A stretch of DNA of 63,813 nucleotides, filler included, from Octopus bimaculoides (GCF_001194135.2; 6 parts of 5 records of this genome joined end to end with filler, not necessarily neighbours in it), one strand, 5' to 3'; counted from the whole stretch's first letter, positions 1 to 12,679 are shown. The notes: a model not told the origin generated them from the sequence alone. Numbers and translations: made by a program.

Positions 1-66
<66 letters not shown>

Positions 67-245
67 ATTCATATACATACACACACATACACACATTCAT
101 ACATATTTGTGTGTACATGTGTGTATATATATATATATACATATATATGTACATACATACATACATGCATGTGTACACACACGCGCACACACACGCACAC
201 ACATACTCGCACATACACACGCGTGCGCTCACACATACGTATATA
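1..245. repeat. (TA)n / (CA)n / TACA microsatellite-rich tract
   Basis: Directly visible dinucleotide arrays; they produce the spurious [12 protein letters not shown] ORFs. Confidence 0.95.
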
Positions 246-1080
246 CAAATATAACGTATATAGGAAGAAATCTGCTCTGGTCAAATTTGAGGACTGGAGA
301 GCGAGGGGTTCCGCCAGGTCTTGAAATATCCAAAAATACACTGGATATCGTGACGGTGTTCCTACGAATGCACGAAAGCATGGCTTAACAGCCCTCACCG
401 TTTGTTTTTACTGCATTGTTTTCACTGTGCTGTTTTTGTTACCACTTTCGCCCTCCGCAAAAAATCACAAATTTTATTTAATTTGCTTTACGGGAAGGAC
501 TATTTTAAGGAAGTCACGTCTTGTCCTTACCTTCGAAATGCGGAGTAGATAAAACAGGGGACAACTGATGAAGGGGGTATACTCTTTATGTTGCATGTTT
601 CGTTTCTCTGTTTGTTTGTTTGTTTATTTCGTTGTTCGAAAAAAGTTCGTTTTCTATGTTTTTGTTTTTTATGTTCTCGTACCTCATTCTGTCCACGTTT
701 CTTTGGTGTCCTGTACCCATATATGCATGTATATACACATATGCATGTACATATGCATATATACACACATATGCATATATACATACATATATATCACAAG
801 CCACCCCCTTCTTATCTCTGTACACCCATACCCTTCCATGCAGGGATACACCACTCCACTTCCACTTCACTTGCTAACTCCCCACTGGAACTGCATTCAC
901 ACAAGACGTCTAACCTCTTTCTCCTTATTCCGAACCACATTTCTCAATCTTTTCTTCTTTTCCAGAACACATTTCTAATTGTTTTATTTTCTTGATGATG
1001 GACTAGTATCCGAAACATCAAGACTCTTTCTCTTCTTTTTAAGCGTTAACTTAATACATCTTTTAAAACTTATCCTTCCT
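245..1080 (+). repeat. Probable Penelope-derived pseudo-LTR-like repeat with degenerate hammerhead motifs
   Basis: CTGATGAAGG at ~565 and TTGATGATGGACTAGTATCCGAAACATC at ~993-1020. The segment GTCCTGTACCC..ATGCAT.TATATACACAT is shared with 25640-25675. Confidence 0.4.
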
Positions 1081-1313
1081 GTGTTTTCTTCCTTTTGTAT
1101 TCATTAATCACATACACACAAGCATATATTTGTGTATCTGTGTATGTGTTAAGGTAAAAATTCACATTTCGATGTAGATCTCTAAAACAAGTTCCGAACT
1201 AAAATAATTACCTTAATCTATATAACAGCCAAAAGCTTTTCAAGTTGTGCTCCAGCATGACTTCAGTCTATCGACTGCGGTCTCTAAAAGAATAGAGTTC
1301 CATATGTGTGCGT

Positions 1314-1379
<66 letters not shown>

Positions 1380-2614
1380 NNNNNNNNNNNNNNNNNNNNN
1401 NNNNNNNNNNNNNNNNNNNNNNNNNNNNNNNNNNNNNNNNNNNNNNNNNNNNNNNNNNNNNNNNNNNNNNNNNNNNNNNNNNNNNNNNNNNNNNNNNNNN
1501 NNNNNNNNNNNNNNNNNNNNNNNNNNNNNNNNNNNNNNNNNNNNNNNNNNNNNNNNNNNNNNNNNNNNNNNNNNNNNNNNNNNNNNNNNNNNNNNNNNNN
1601 NNNNNNNNNNNNNNNNNNNNNNNNNNNNNNNNNNNNNNNNNNNNNNNNNNNNNNNNNNNNNNNNNNNNNNNNNNNNNNNNNNNNNNNNNNNNNNNNNNNN
1701 NNNNNNNNNNNNNNNNNNNNNNNNNNNNNNNNNNNNNNNNNNNNNNNNNNNNNNNNNNNNNNNNNNNNNNNNNNNNNNNNNNNNNNNNNNNNTGTGTGTG
1801 TGTGTGTGTGTGTGTGTATGTGGTACATTATATCAACAAAAGAGAGAAATATATCGTGTACTTAAATGATTTTTTTTTTTTGCTTTTTGTAATTCAAATT
1901 TCACGCCATTGTGATCATCAAAACTGCAAATGGTAAATATCTGATGGTCCGAAGCAGCAGAAATAGCAGTTACTAAAATGCCAAATATCAGCAGAACAAC
2001 GAAACAAAGTAACCAAGAAATTAACCTTCAATTTAGAAACATGGGATATAAAATAGAAATTCTCCAAAATGTATATGAAAATCATTTTTGGCAGCCTCAG
2101 CTACCAAGTAATAATATGGCATCTACGTACATTTAGTATTATTTTTCATCATTCTTAATCGCTCTTATATAAAATATTGTTGTCATAGTTGGGCTGGTAC
2201 TTCTTTTTGTTTTTTTTGTTTTCTCTTTGATCAAGTCTTAACACAAATTTCTAACAATCCTGGGCTTGTTTTGGCAGCTAAACTTCTACCTTCCTCTCAT
2301 TGCCAAGACATTGTGTCATTATCACTATTCTATAAATAATTCCATGGTCATTGTTTTGCCGAACTTCTATTGTACCTCCTCTTCAGGTTACTAAAGTATA
2401 TGAAGTATATATCTATATATCTGTTCGACGTACTAATGTTAGAAATATGTTTTTTAACGGCCGTTGTGGATTGGTAGCATCGTTAGAGCGGAGACAAAAT
2501 ACGCTGTAGTTTTTGGTTACCACGTTTTGCATCTAAGTTCAAATTCAACAAAGGTCAACTTTGTCTTTCATTCTTCTGAAGGTTGATAAAAATAAAAATA
2601 TCTGTAAAGCACTA

Positions 2615-2862
2615 AAAGCGGTGAGCTAACAGAAACGTTTGTACGCCGGGCGAAATGCTTCACGGTATATCGTCTATTCTTTTAATCTCCTAACGTGAGA
2701 TATTCGTCTGTCTTTACGTTCTGAGTTCAAATTCCGCCGAGGTCGGCTTTGCCTTTCATCCTTCCGGGGTCGATAAATTAAGTACCAGTTGTGTACTGGA
2801 GTTGATCTAATCAACTGGCCCCCACCCCAAAAGTTTCAGGCCTTGTGCCTAGAGTAGAAAAG
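2615..2862 (+). mobile_element. tRNA-derived SINE family A (tail variant GTGCCTAGAGTAGAAAAG), preceded by an older degenerate copy at ~2455-2610
   Basis: Head AAGCGGTGAGCTAACAGAAACG, B-box GAGTTCAAATTCCGCC, core GTCGGCTTTGCCTTTCATCC; homologous to more than 10 other copies in the window. Confidence 0.85.
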
Positions 2863-4571
2863 TACTAGGGAGAATTTAATTTCTTGTAGGTTTTTCCTTC
2901 AAATGTGTGGTGGTATGTCAATGTTATAAAAATATATTATTTCAATCATGGACTATTACTCTACCGGAGCCTTTCAGGCAAGCGAAGCAGATCAATGCTG
3001 TTGCCCGATCGACGAAAAATAGTAACCAAAATGTCCCTCAAATCACACTCCACAATCATTAAAGAGAGGAGAGAATCACGCATTAGATAATGTTATTCTA
3101 GATACGCTTTTGATTATAAACCAGCTAGAACATAGTTGACTTGGAGCTAAGAGTAACAACAATATGATTGGATTGCAAACCACTAGTTACTGAAACTAAA
3201 TAACTAACTGACTGATTAATAATTAATAGCGACAACAGCAATATTAGTACCAAAAGGTAATATTTATCTCCAACTTAAAGTGGATGTTATGTTAGAACAC
3301 AGAAAACTGCGTTATTTACCATGAGGGGACCTCTCATATAGATTTGCGGTGCATAAAAGCATTCGTGTTTATATCACTGACGGGCGATAACAATTAGGTA
3401 CAACCATCGGAACTGCCAGATCACATGGTTTCGTCCTTTGGCCTTGTCAATGACTGACTAACTTACTAACTAACAAACAAACAAACAAACTAACTAACTA
3501 ACTAAATAAATAAATAAATAACTCGTCGTCGTCATCGCGACGTCGCAGAAAAAAGAACGTGTTATTGGCGTGGATCTGTTTAAGATTGACCCCAGCTTGT
3601 CAGGAAGTGATCCACACATTTGATTTCATGACCTTCGTCACACATAGAGTGAGACATGCATGATCCAGTTATGAGCTGCAACGGACTGCCGATGACCCGG
3701 CTATAATTTTGAGTGGCGATCCGCCAGTTCAGGCGTTGAGATCTACTCTAGTCATCATTCGCCTGTTCTCACAAAAACTAACTAATTAACTAAATAAATG
3801 TATGTATGAATGAATAATTAAATAAATAAATAAAGCTTTAACAAGATGGCGATTGAATGTTATTTTTTTTTTATCTCAAAGAATGTATTGTTTACCAAAC
3901 TTTACTCTAAACTTGTTGAAATGTTATTTCGAGATTTATTAGACCTCTCTTAAGCACCAACCCACTAAAGTGCTTCATGTAAGGTCGAATTATATTTCAT
4001 TCTCGCATTTCCTTTAATTCTGCAATGTTAAAACAACAATCTGTTATCTTGCATGTTACCATTTATTTGACTTCCTCTTTTTATTTTATTATTATTTTTT
4101 CATCTTATTTTATTAATTATTTTTTTTTCAAACTTATGTTTTTTTCCTTAGAATTTGAAGATTACAAATGAACGAAGAAGTAGGGCGAGGGCAGATATCC
4201 GTTGTAGACTCTTCCGTTCTATTACACTATCCAGATGACCATTGCAGTAGGCCAGCTCTCTTTGTGAAACCGCTCTTGACAACATCCGCTCGCACTGAAA
4301 GTATACCAATTAATCAACCATCTTTGCAATATTTCTTCAACTTAACTTTCCCACTTATCTTTTACTCATTCACTTCTTACTTCACTTTACATTTCATCAA
4401 TTCATATTTTTATTTTCATCGTGGCAAAGTATACACGGCCTCTGGTGTAATATTTCATGCTTTTCTTTTTGTTTTCTTTTTTTTTCTTATATGAAGTGCC
4501 TACGAAAGAATCGTTCTTCAAATACTAGGTGAATTATTATTATTATTATTATCATTATTATTATTATTATT

Positions 4572-4607
<36 letters not shown>

Positions 4608-4986
4608 ATTACTATCATTATTATTATTATCATCATTATTATTATTATCATCATTATTATTATACAATAGCCATAGTAAATATAAGCTTGTCTATNNNNN
4701 NNNNNNNNNNNNNNNNNNNNNNNNNNNNNNNNNNNNNNNNNNNNNNNNNNNNNNNNNNNNNNNNNNNNNNNNNNNNNNNNNNNNNNNNNNNNNNNNNNNN
4801 NNNNNNNNNNNNNNNNNNNNNNNNNNNNNNNNNNNNNNNNNNNNNNNNNNNNNNNNNNNNNNNNNNNNNNNNNNNNNNNNNNNNNNNNNNNNNNNNNNNN
4901 NNNNNNNNNNNNNNNNNNNNNNNNNNNNNNNNNNNNNNNNNNNNNNNNNNNNNNNNNNNNNNNNNNNNNNNNNNNNNNNNNNNNNN

Positions 4987-5084
4987 GAGCAAGTGTCTTC
5001 TGCTATAGCCTCGGGCTGACCAAAGCCTTGTGAGTGAATTTGGTAGACGGAAACTGAAAGAAACACGTCATTTATGTATATGTA

Positions 5085-5136
<52 letters not shown>

Positions 5137-5345
5137 TTTGTGTGTCTTTGGGTCTGTATTTGTCCCCCACCACCGTTTGACAACCAGTGCTGGTATGTTT
5201 ATATCTCCGTAACCTAGCGGCTCAGCAAAAGACACCGATAGAATAAATACCAAGCTTAAACAAAGCGTACTAGGGTCGATTCATCTGACTAAAAGTTCGT
5301 CAAGGCGGTGCCCCAGCATGGCCGCAGTCTAATGACTGAAACAAC
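4987..5345 (+). mobile_element. tRNA-derived SINE family B (bipartite, internal TG/TA microsatellite); 5' end lies in the gap
   Basis: GCAAGTGTCTTCTGCTATAGCCTCGGGCTGACCAAAGCCTTGTGAG...GGCGGTGCCCCAGCATGGCCGCAGTCTAATGACTGAAAC, repeated at many loci. Confidence 0.85.
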
Positions 5346-5818
5346 TGAGAGACAAACAAATCACGTGCACCCGCGCGCCCACACACAATCTCATACGCAC
5401 GCCCACACACGCATACACATATACATGCGTATACACATATACATGCGTATACACATATAGACACAAACGCGTGCGTACATTGTTATCTATCTGATCATAA
5501 TGAAATTCTGTATCAATTTCTTGTATTGGTAGACGGCCAATAATGTTGAGGGTGTCTATATTTCAATTAGTTTGACCCCAGTATATAACTGCTACTTATA
5601 TTATAGTCTCCAAAAGGATGTAAATAGACGTCTATTTCGGACGGGCTTGAATACTAAAAGTAAATGGACACGTTGGACAATGTAGTGCAGTCCGAGGTGT
5701 GATAAGGCAGAAAAATAATGCAGGTTGATCGGAACTAGAAGGCTTTTGACCATAACAAGTCTGCTGGACCAGGTTTGATTTGGAAGTAAACAGTAACAAC
5801 AGCAACAACAACAAAGAC

Positions 5819-6640
5819 AAGGCAGTGAGCTGGGAATCGTTAGCAAGCCGAACAAAATGTTTAGCGGCATTTCTTTCGGTCGACTTTACGTTTCATCCTT
5901 TCTGGGTCGATGAAATAAGTTCAAGTAGAGCACTGGGATCGATGTAATCGACTTGCCCCGTCCCTCAAAATTTCTGGCCTTGTTCCAAAATTTGAAACCA
6001 ATGTTATTCCTGGTCTTAAGGCGGCGAGTTGGCAGAATCGTTAGCACACCGGGGAAAATGCTTAGCACTATTTTGTCCGTCCTTACGTTCCGAGTTCAAA
6101 TTCCGCCCTTGTCGACTTTACCTTTCATCCTTTCGGGTCGATAAAATAATCACCAATAGAGCACTGGGGTTGATTACATCAACATATCCCCTCCCTCCAA
6201 CTTGCTGGCCTTGTGTCACAATTTGAAACCAGTCATGTCAAATTTCATCTCTTCAGTCGTGTTGTTTTGTGTTAGTTTCTGGCCCTGAAAAACATGATCA
6301 GTAGCAATTAAACCAAAGTGGAGCGCTTTGCATTAACGTTGTTTGCGCATTTAATTATCCAGACCGTGTTTATGTTCTTCAGTTTTCTTTAACCCTTTCC
6401 ATATCATATCTCTGATGAAATATACTCTCAATTGTGACTGGCAGAGTCGTTAGCACGCTGGGCAAAATGCTTAGCGATATGTCTTCCGGTATTACCACCT
6501 GAGTTCTAACTCCGGTGACGTCGACTTTAACTTTCATCCTTTCTAGATTGATAAAATGAATTTCAGTGAACACTTGCGTTTATGTAATTGACATAACCCC
6601 ACTCATAAAAATTGCTAGTCTTGTGCCAGAATTAGAAACA
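5819..6640 (+). mobile_element. Three near-tandem SINE family A copies (5819-6000, 6018-6230, 6434-6640)
   Basis: Each has a TGGCAGAATCGTTAGCA-type A-box head and a GGCCTTGT..CAAAATTTGAAACC-type tail. Confidence 0.85.
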
Positions 6641-7541
6641 ATTAGCACATTAAAAATAATTGAGAATTTGAAGGGATGTAGCAAAATAATTAAGCTTTCC
6701 CTTGTTACGATTGTGTTTGGAACGTAGCTTAACAATATGGTTCTAACATTAAATCATGATGGCAGGTTTAAATTTAAATATAAACACTTTAAAAGGGACG
6801 GGTTGTCTGCTTTTTATCATAGAACCAAACTTGTCTCTGGCAGGTTGCTCTCGAAAAGGTTAAAATTGCTAATAAGATGGCCAAGCAAGCTTATACAATG
6901 GAAAACAGATTTTTTGAATATTTTTTTTTATTTTTATGAACAATAACATAATTTCCACTCTTCAGAATAATTACTTCTTCTCAGCACGACTATATCAGGC
7001 GTGAAAGGAAATGTGGTTGTTATAAAAATAAAAAATAAATGTAAATGTAATTGGCGAGCATAAAAAGGAGAATAATCGACGTCTCAAGCCCTTTGTTGAG
7101 ATACAGAAAAAAAGAAAATAGAAACAAGGAAAGAACAAATTCCACTGATAATGGAGGAAGGAAATGGGTAAGTAGGTATGTGGTTTGGGGGTAGAGGTGA
7201 ATAGAGCTGATTTTTATCTTTTTTACATACTTTATTTGATTCAGTGCATAACTATATTTTTTTTCCGGTAGGTGATTGATTGAATAATTACTTGACGCCT
7301 CTTACCTACAATGTCATCATATTCTGGCGTAAAACATAATTTTGAAACAAAAAAAGAATCACTAATTACATCACACCATGTCTCAACGCTACACGTAAAG
7401 TATTATCTGCCGGAGAATAAACAGACGTTATTACCTTGCGTGTCGCAGCAAACCAATACATAGTCTACAGTAATGTGAGAGTGGTAAAACAATAACAACA
7501 ACAACAACGACGACGAGGACAGCAACAACAACAATAATAAT

Positions 7542-7756
7542 GGTTTCAAATTTTTGCAGAAGGCCAGAAATTTCGGGGAAGGAGGTAAGATGATTACATC
7601 GACCCTAGTACTCAACTAGTGCTTATTTTATCGATCGCGAAACGATGAAAAACAATGTCGATCTCGGCAGAATTTCAACTCAGAACGTCAAGACGGACGA
7701 AATGCCGCTAAGCATTTTGCTCGGCATGCTAACGATTCTGCCAGCTCGCCGCCTTA
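7542..7756 (-). mobile_element. SINE family A, full length, within an (AAT/AAC)n tract
   Basis: Reverse complement of the family A consensus; AAT repeats on both sides. Confidence 0.9.
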
Positions 7757-8839
7757 ATAATAATAATATTAACGATTTCTTTATTAACCACAAAGGGTTT
7801 ACATTAAGAAAAACATTATAGACAGGACAGGACAAAACAAAACGTGTGTCTGTATGTGTGCGAGTGTATATAGTTGTGAGGGTTTTGTTTGTAAAAAAAG
7901 ATTAACATAATGAAAAAAANNNNNNNNNNNNNNNNNNNNNNNNNNNNNNNNNNNNNNNNNNNNNNNNNNNNNNNNNNNNNNNNNNNNNNNNNNNNNNNNN
8001 NNNNNNNNNNNNNNNNNNNNNNNNNNNNNNNNNNNNNNNNNNNNNNNNNNNNNNNNNNNNNNNNNNNNNNNNNNNNNNNNNNNNNNNNNNNNNNNNNNNN
8101 NNNNNNNNNNNNNNNNNNNNNNNNNNNNNNNNNNNNNNNNNNNNNNNNNNNNNNNNNNNNNNNNNNNNNNNNNNNNNNNNNNNNNNNNNNNNNNNNNNNN
8201 NNNNNNNNNNNNNNNNNNNNNNNNNNNNNNNNNNNNNNNNNNNNNNNNNNNNNNNNNNNNNNNNNNNNNNNNNNNNNNNNNNNNNNNNNNNNNNNNNNNN
8301 NNNNNNNNNNNNNNNNNNNNNNNNNNNNNNNNNNNNNNNNNNNNNNNNNNNNNNNNNNNNNNNNNNNNNNNNNNNNNNNNNNNNNNNNNNNNNNNNNNNN
8401 NNNNNNNNNNNNNNNNNNNNNNNNNNNNNNNNNNNNNNNNNNNNNNNNNNNNNNNNNNNNNNNNNNNNNNNNNNNNNNNNNNNNNNNNNNNNNNNNNNNN
8501 NNNNNNNNNNNNNNNNNNNNNNNNNNNNNNNNNNNNNNNNNNNNNNNNNNNNNNNNNNNNNNNNNNNNNNNNNNNNNNNNNNNNNNNNNNNNNNNNNNNN
8601 NNNNNNNNNNNNNNNNNNNNNNNNNNNNNNNNNNNNNNNNNNNNNNNNNNNNNNNNNNNNNNNNNNNNNNNNNNNNNNNNNNNNNNNNNNNNNNNNNNNN
8701 NNNNNNNNNNNNNNNNNNNNNNNNNNNNNNNNNNNNNNNNNNNNNNNNNNNNNNNNNNNNNNNNNNNNNNNNNNNNNNNNNNNNNNNNNNNNNNNNNNNN
8801 NNNNNNNNNNNNNNNNNNNNNNNNNNNNNNNNNNNNNNN

Positions 8840-9215
8840 GCACTAGAGATGTCATAGCCTCAATGCATGTCTGCGCATCTTCAATCACGGCATGCCTAGG
8901 CCACCACGCACCGGGTGTTGACAGCAGATAGACCGCCTGACAATCGGGACGCGTCCCTTCCACAACAAGCGGAAGAGTACACGCTCCATCGTAATCAGAT
9001 GATGGCCGGGACAAGGCACGACGGTCATGCGATAGATGACGGATGCGATGTACGTGACCTTTCAGGGATAACTTTCTCTCGGCCCATTTCTGGGTGAGAG
9101 TAGTCACCCTGCTCATTACCTCGTCCCAGTTTTTGTCCATCTGGAGGTCCGGGCCAAACCAGACCCGAGCCATTTAACCGGTCCGGCCGTCCAGTGCTCA
9201 ACGACGCAGGCAAAA
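8840..9215 (-). mobile_element. Tx1/L1-clade LINE fragment (post-RT region), frameshifted
   Basis: Minus-strand translation across frameshifts: VWFGPDLQMDKNWDEVMSRVTTLTQKWAERKLSLKG...RVLFRLLWKGRVPIVRRSICCQHPVRGGLGMP, matching the L1/Tx1 W..R.LSL.G and LW.G...P...GGLG.P motifs. Confidence 0.8.
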
Positions 9216-9449
9216 CATAGGGAAACCAAAAAGCCAAATTAAATTTAAAACCAGAAAAAAGGACAAAAGTTATCTGACTGGCAGGAGAAGGCTTTGCATT
9301 GTAGATTCCCAAGGATAGTTGCAGCAAATAGTAGTAGTGAGACATGGTTGTGGTTGCAGAAAGGAAGGCTGAAAAGGGAGACAGAAAGTTTGTTAGTAGC
9401 TGCATAAGATCAAGCATTAAGGACTAATTAGATAAAAAGATAAGATAGA

Positions 9450-10105
9450 CAAAAGCCAAGCAGATTCCCAGCGAAGGTTATGCAAATCAAAAGAGGAAAG
9501 TGTTACTTATGTAGTAAGGGAATGTAGCGTGCTGACACAAAAAGAATACAAGAAAATACATGACAACTTAGGGAGAGTAATCTACTGGGAGTTATGCAGA
9601 AAGCTAGGATTTGACTATACTGATAAATGGTATGAACATGAACCTAGTAAAGTACTAGGAAGTAAGAAATATAAGATGCTGTGGGACTTTAGCATTCAGA
9701 TAGAATAATAGAAACTAGAAAGCCTGATTTAGTAGAAGTAAATAATGAGAACAGAAAGTGCCAGATAATTGACTTTATACTTCAAAATGAGGAAAAAAAT
9801 CAACATGAGAGGTATAGAAAAAAGAGCAAAGTACCAGGGTCTAGCCATTGAATTACAGAGACTATGGAAAGTGCGGATGAAATGTATTCCGGTTTTTATA
9901 GGTGCATTAGGAACTATCTCTAATAATTTGAGCAGATGGATAGAAAAAATAGACATAAAACCCAGTTTAGTACAGCTGCAGAAAACAGTGTTATTAGGGA
10001 CAGCTAGGATACTTAAGAGGGTTCTAGGCATCTAAAGTTACTTGTTATTGTCCGATGCTAGGATTTTTTTCTTTTCTAACAGTCTAATCTGTTGTGTGTA
10101 TATGA
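9450..10105 (+). mobile_element. R4/Dong-like LINE 3' fragment with restriction-like endonuclease (RLE) domain
   Basis: LWDFSIQ..RKPDLV...CQIIDF..EKRAKYQGLAIELQRLWKVRMKCIPVFIGALG...LQKTVLLGTARILKRVLGI* (stop at 10035), followed by a short UTR and (AAT)n. Confidence 0.85.
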
Positions 10106-10122
10106 ATAATAATAATAACAAT

Positions 10123-10343
10123 GATTTCAAATTTTGGCACAAGGCCAGCAAGTTCAGTAGAAGGAGTAAGTCGATTACATCGACCCTCAGTATGCAAATG
10201 GTACTTATTTTATCGCCTCCGAAAAGATGAAAGCAAAGTCAACCGCGGCGGAATTTGAACTCAGAATTTGAACTCAGAACATAAAGCCAGATGAAGTACC
10301 GCGAAGCATTTTGCCCAGCGTGCTCTCGATTCTCCAGCTTACC
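10123..10343 (-). mobile_element. SINE family A
   Basis: Reverse complement of the family A consensus, tail adjoining (AAT)n. Confidence 0.85.
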
Positions 10344-10379
10344 TAATAATAATAAGAATAACTCATTAACTTAGAAAGT

Positions 10380-10860
10380 CCTCAAGTGGCTTTTGCTGCT
10401 AAAGTATAGCAACTGACCCTGTTGCCTTGCATCATCAATCAGATACCTATTGTCTCTGCTCCCTAAAACGGAAAAAGTTCCCATATTTGCTGGTAATTCT
10501 TAGAGGTTATTGGAATGAAAGTCCATCCTAACCGACCATATGTTGCCTCTGGTCACCTGCCCATATTACGATACAAAATCAAGCCAGAGGTAACAACGCT
10601 GATCATGATCCAAACTATGACCCTGGTATTTCTCTGTCCCAAATATTGTACCACAAGTACATGATTGGCGTGTGTGTCATTCTATTAGTTCAGCCTAGTT
10701 TTTCTCTTTTTTACTGATTCATCGACCCTCAAAATAGTCCAAAGGCTTCATCATATTCCATAAAAAGAATATCTCTCGATCTTTTGGAGGATTTCCTTTA
10801 TTTACTGCTTCGAAGGAAGATGGAAGTCCATCATCTCCCGTCTGTAGACACGTTAGTTTC
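10380..10860 (-). pseudogene. Possible decayed lipoxygenase-like fragment (very tentative)
   Basis: One minus frame with several stops carries colinear motifs GLPSSFEAVNKGNPPKD, WLDFVS*YGQVTRGN, ELPAN and DDARQQGQLLY, resembling (from memory) animal LOX GFPLSIDA....LPRD, WQED..FGYQFLNG.N, ELP and EVQQGNIF. Confidence 0.2.
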
Positions 10861-11744
10861 CTCTTTTACCACTCTTGAAAGTGGTAAAAGACGGGGCAAA
10901 GGCATACAATCAAATTTTACACGATTTTTTTCAGGCAAATTTCTGTTCGGAAACAGTCATGCCCCAAAACTCTTATAGGGGCAATGATAGAGGTAAAGCT
11001 ACCCCCATTACACTGCTGGTATATTCAATATACTTTCTACAATCGGTTGCCAACATATTTGTCTGTGTTACACTGTTGTAGATGGTGCTGCTGCCACTAC
11101 TACTAAACGACTTATTAAAACTCTTCCAAATATCTTTTTTTTTTGTTATTTATGTTGTAAACCTATGTTGCACAGTTTGTTTCTTTTCTGTCTTTGTTTT
11201 ATCCATTCTTTTGTTAAATTCATCTTACTAAGTGTTACAATTTTGGTGGATATTTTGACGTCAAAGTGTCATCCAAACATAAAAATATCATTAAAATATC
11301 TTTAATGACAAACACCTTAGGTCGCTTTGTGCTCTTAATTCCTCATGGAATCGTAGGGGCACCGTTGTGACATCCCTTACATCTGGCAGAGCTGATTTCT
11401 TGAAAGATGGACAAACAGAAAACAGAGAGAGAGAGGGGGGTGTTGACTCAGTTCAGGACTGATACTTTATTTACCAACTTCGAAAGGATGAAGAATAAAG
11501 TTGGTTTCGTCATTTGAATTCAGAGCGTAGAGAGCTGGAACAAACAAGGCAATTCATCCATCTGCTCTAACGACCCGATCAAGTCCCAATTTGGATTTAA
11601 GGGAGATTTGGTAACTAAGTATGGTAGATCCAACGTGGAGACTCTATTGTGTTTGGTTTAAGAAACATGTGTCGTTTTTTTTTTCTTTACCTTTTTTTTT
11701 ATGAAAGGTCTATAATCATTGAGTTAGTTGACCCCAGTGTTATT

Positions 11745-11968
11745 TCTTTACTACCCACAAGGGGCTACACACAGAGGGAACAAACAAGGACAGACAAATG
11801 ATTAAGTCGATTATACCGACCCCAGTGTGTAACTGGTACTTATTTAATCGACCCCGAAAGGATGAAAGGCAAAGTCGACCTCGGCGGAATTTGAACTCGG
11901 AACGTAGCGGCAGACGAAATACCGCTAAGCATTTCGCCCGGCGTGCTAACGTTTCTGCCAGCTCGCTG
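11745..11968 (-). mobile_element. SINE family A with a different 3' tail (…TGTCCTTGTTTGTTCCCTCTGTGTGTAGCCCCTTGTGGGTAGTAAAGAAATA)
   Basis: Head and core match family A; the tail is unrelated to the TTTGAAACC tail. Confidence 0.8.
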
Positions 11969-12679
11969 CCAGTGTATCGTTGGAACTTACTTTAGCAACA
12001 CCCAATGCATGCAAAGACGAAGTTTACCACAATGAAATTTGAACTTAGAACATAGCAGTCGAGTAAGACTAAAAGCCATAACATATTTTCTCCCATATTC
12101 TATATTTTTTTATAAGTCACTACTCCACAAATGACATCAATTTTGAAATGCAAGTCTTTTTTTTTAATGACATTAAATAACATTAAATTTTGTTAGAACT
12201 CAACCACATATAAAATATTTATCCATATTTCTGCTTCCATAAAATAATAAACAGTAAGAAAGTGTGACAGCTACCACTTTGATATAATTCATTTTGAAAA
12301 TATTAAATATATTGCTGACAAATAAATTTCATTCTTAAATATGGAGAAATATAATAGAAAATACCATTTATTTTTATGGACAAGTTAGAATATCGAAAGA
12401 TCTGCTCTCAGACATTCTTCAACTACAGGATGCATTATACTAAATCACAGAACAAATCTATCGATTGTTAGAATCTCTTCGATACTATCTATCATGAGAA
12501 ACTAAATGGGATTCTTTATGAGAAGTTGTCGAAGATGGCGTCATAATAGCAATAGGTAACTGATTTTCTACTAAACTAATTCTATGTTAGAATATTTGAT
12601 GTTTGTCCCTAAACACCCAACACACACCCACACACACGCGCACACACGCACCAACATACACTCTTACATAAAACATTAC

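Noticed and set aside
1885-2026. Minus-strand hydrophobic frame LISWLLCFVVLLIFGILVTAISAASDHQ
   Set aside because: No convincing donor and no start codon in frame; T-rich DNA gives such stretches by chance.
2900-3780. GC-balanced islands at ~2945-3090, 3320-3450 and 3545-3775
   Set aside because: Open frames are short, splice signals are inconsistent, and no homology is recognised.
10502-10589. Plus-strand VIGMKVHPNRPYVASG, WD40-like, between AG and GTAACA
   Set aside because: Poor pyrimidine tract, no WD terminus and no companion exons; it overlaps an equally weak opposite-strand hypothesis.
10862-10891. 12-bp hairpin TCTTTTACCACT/AGTGGTAAAAGA
   Set aside because: Short, and lacks the downstream CTRR of a Helitron end; no other support.
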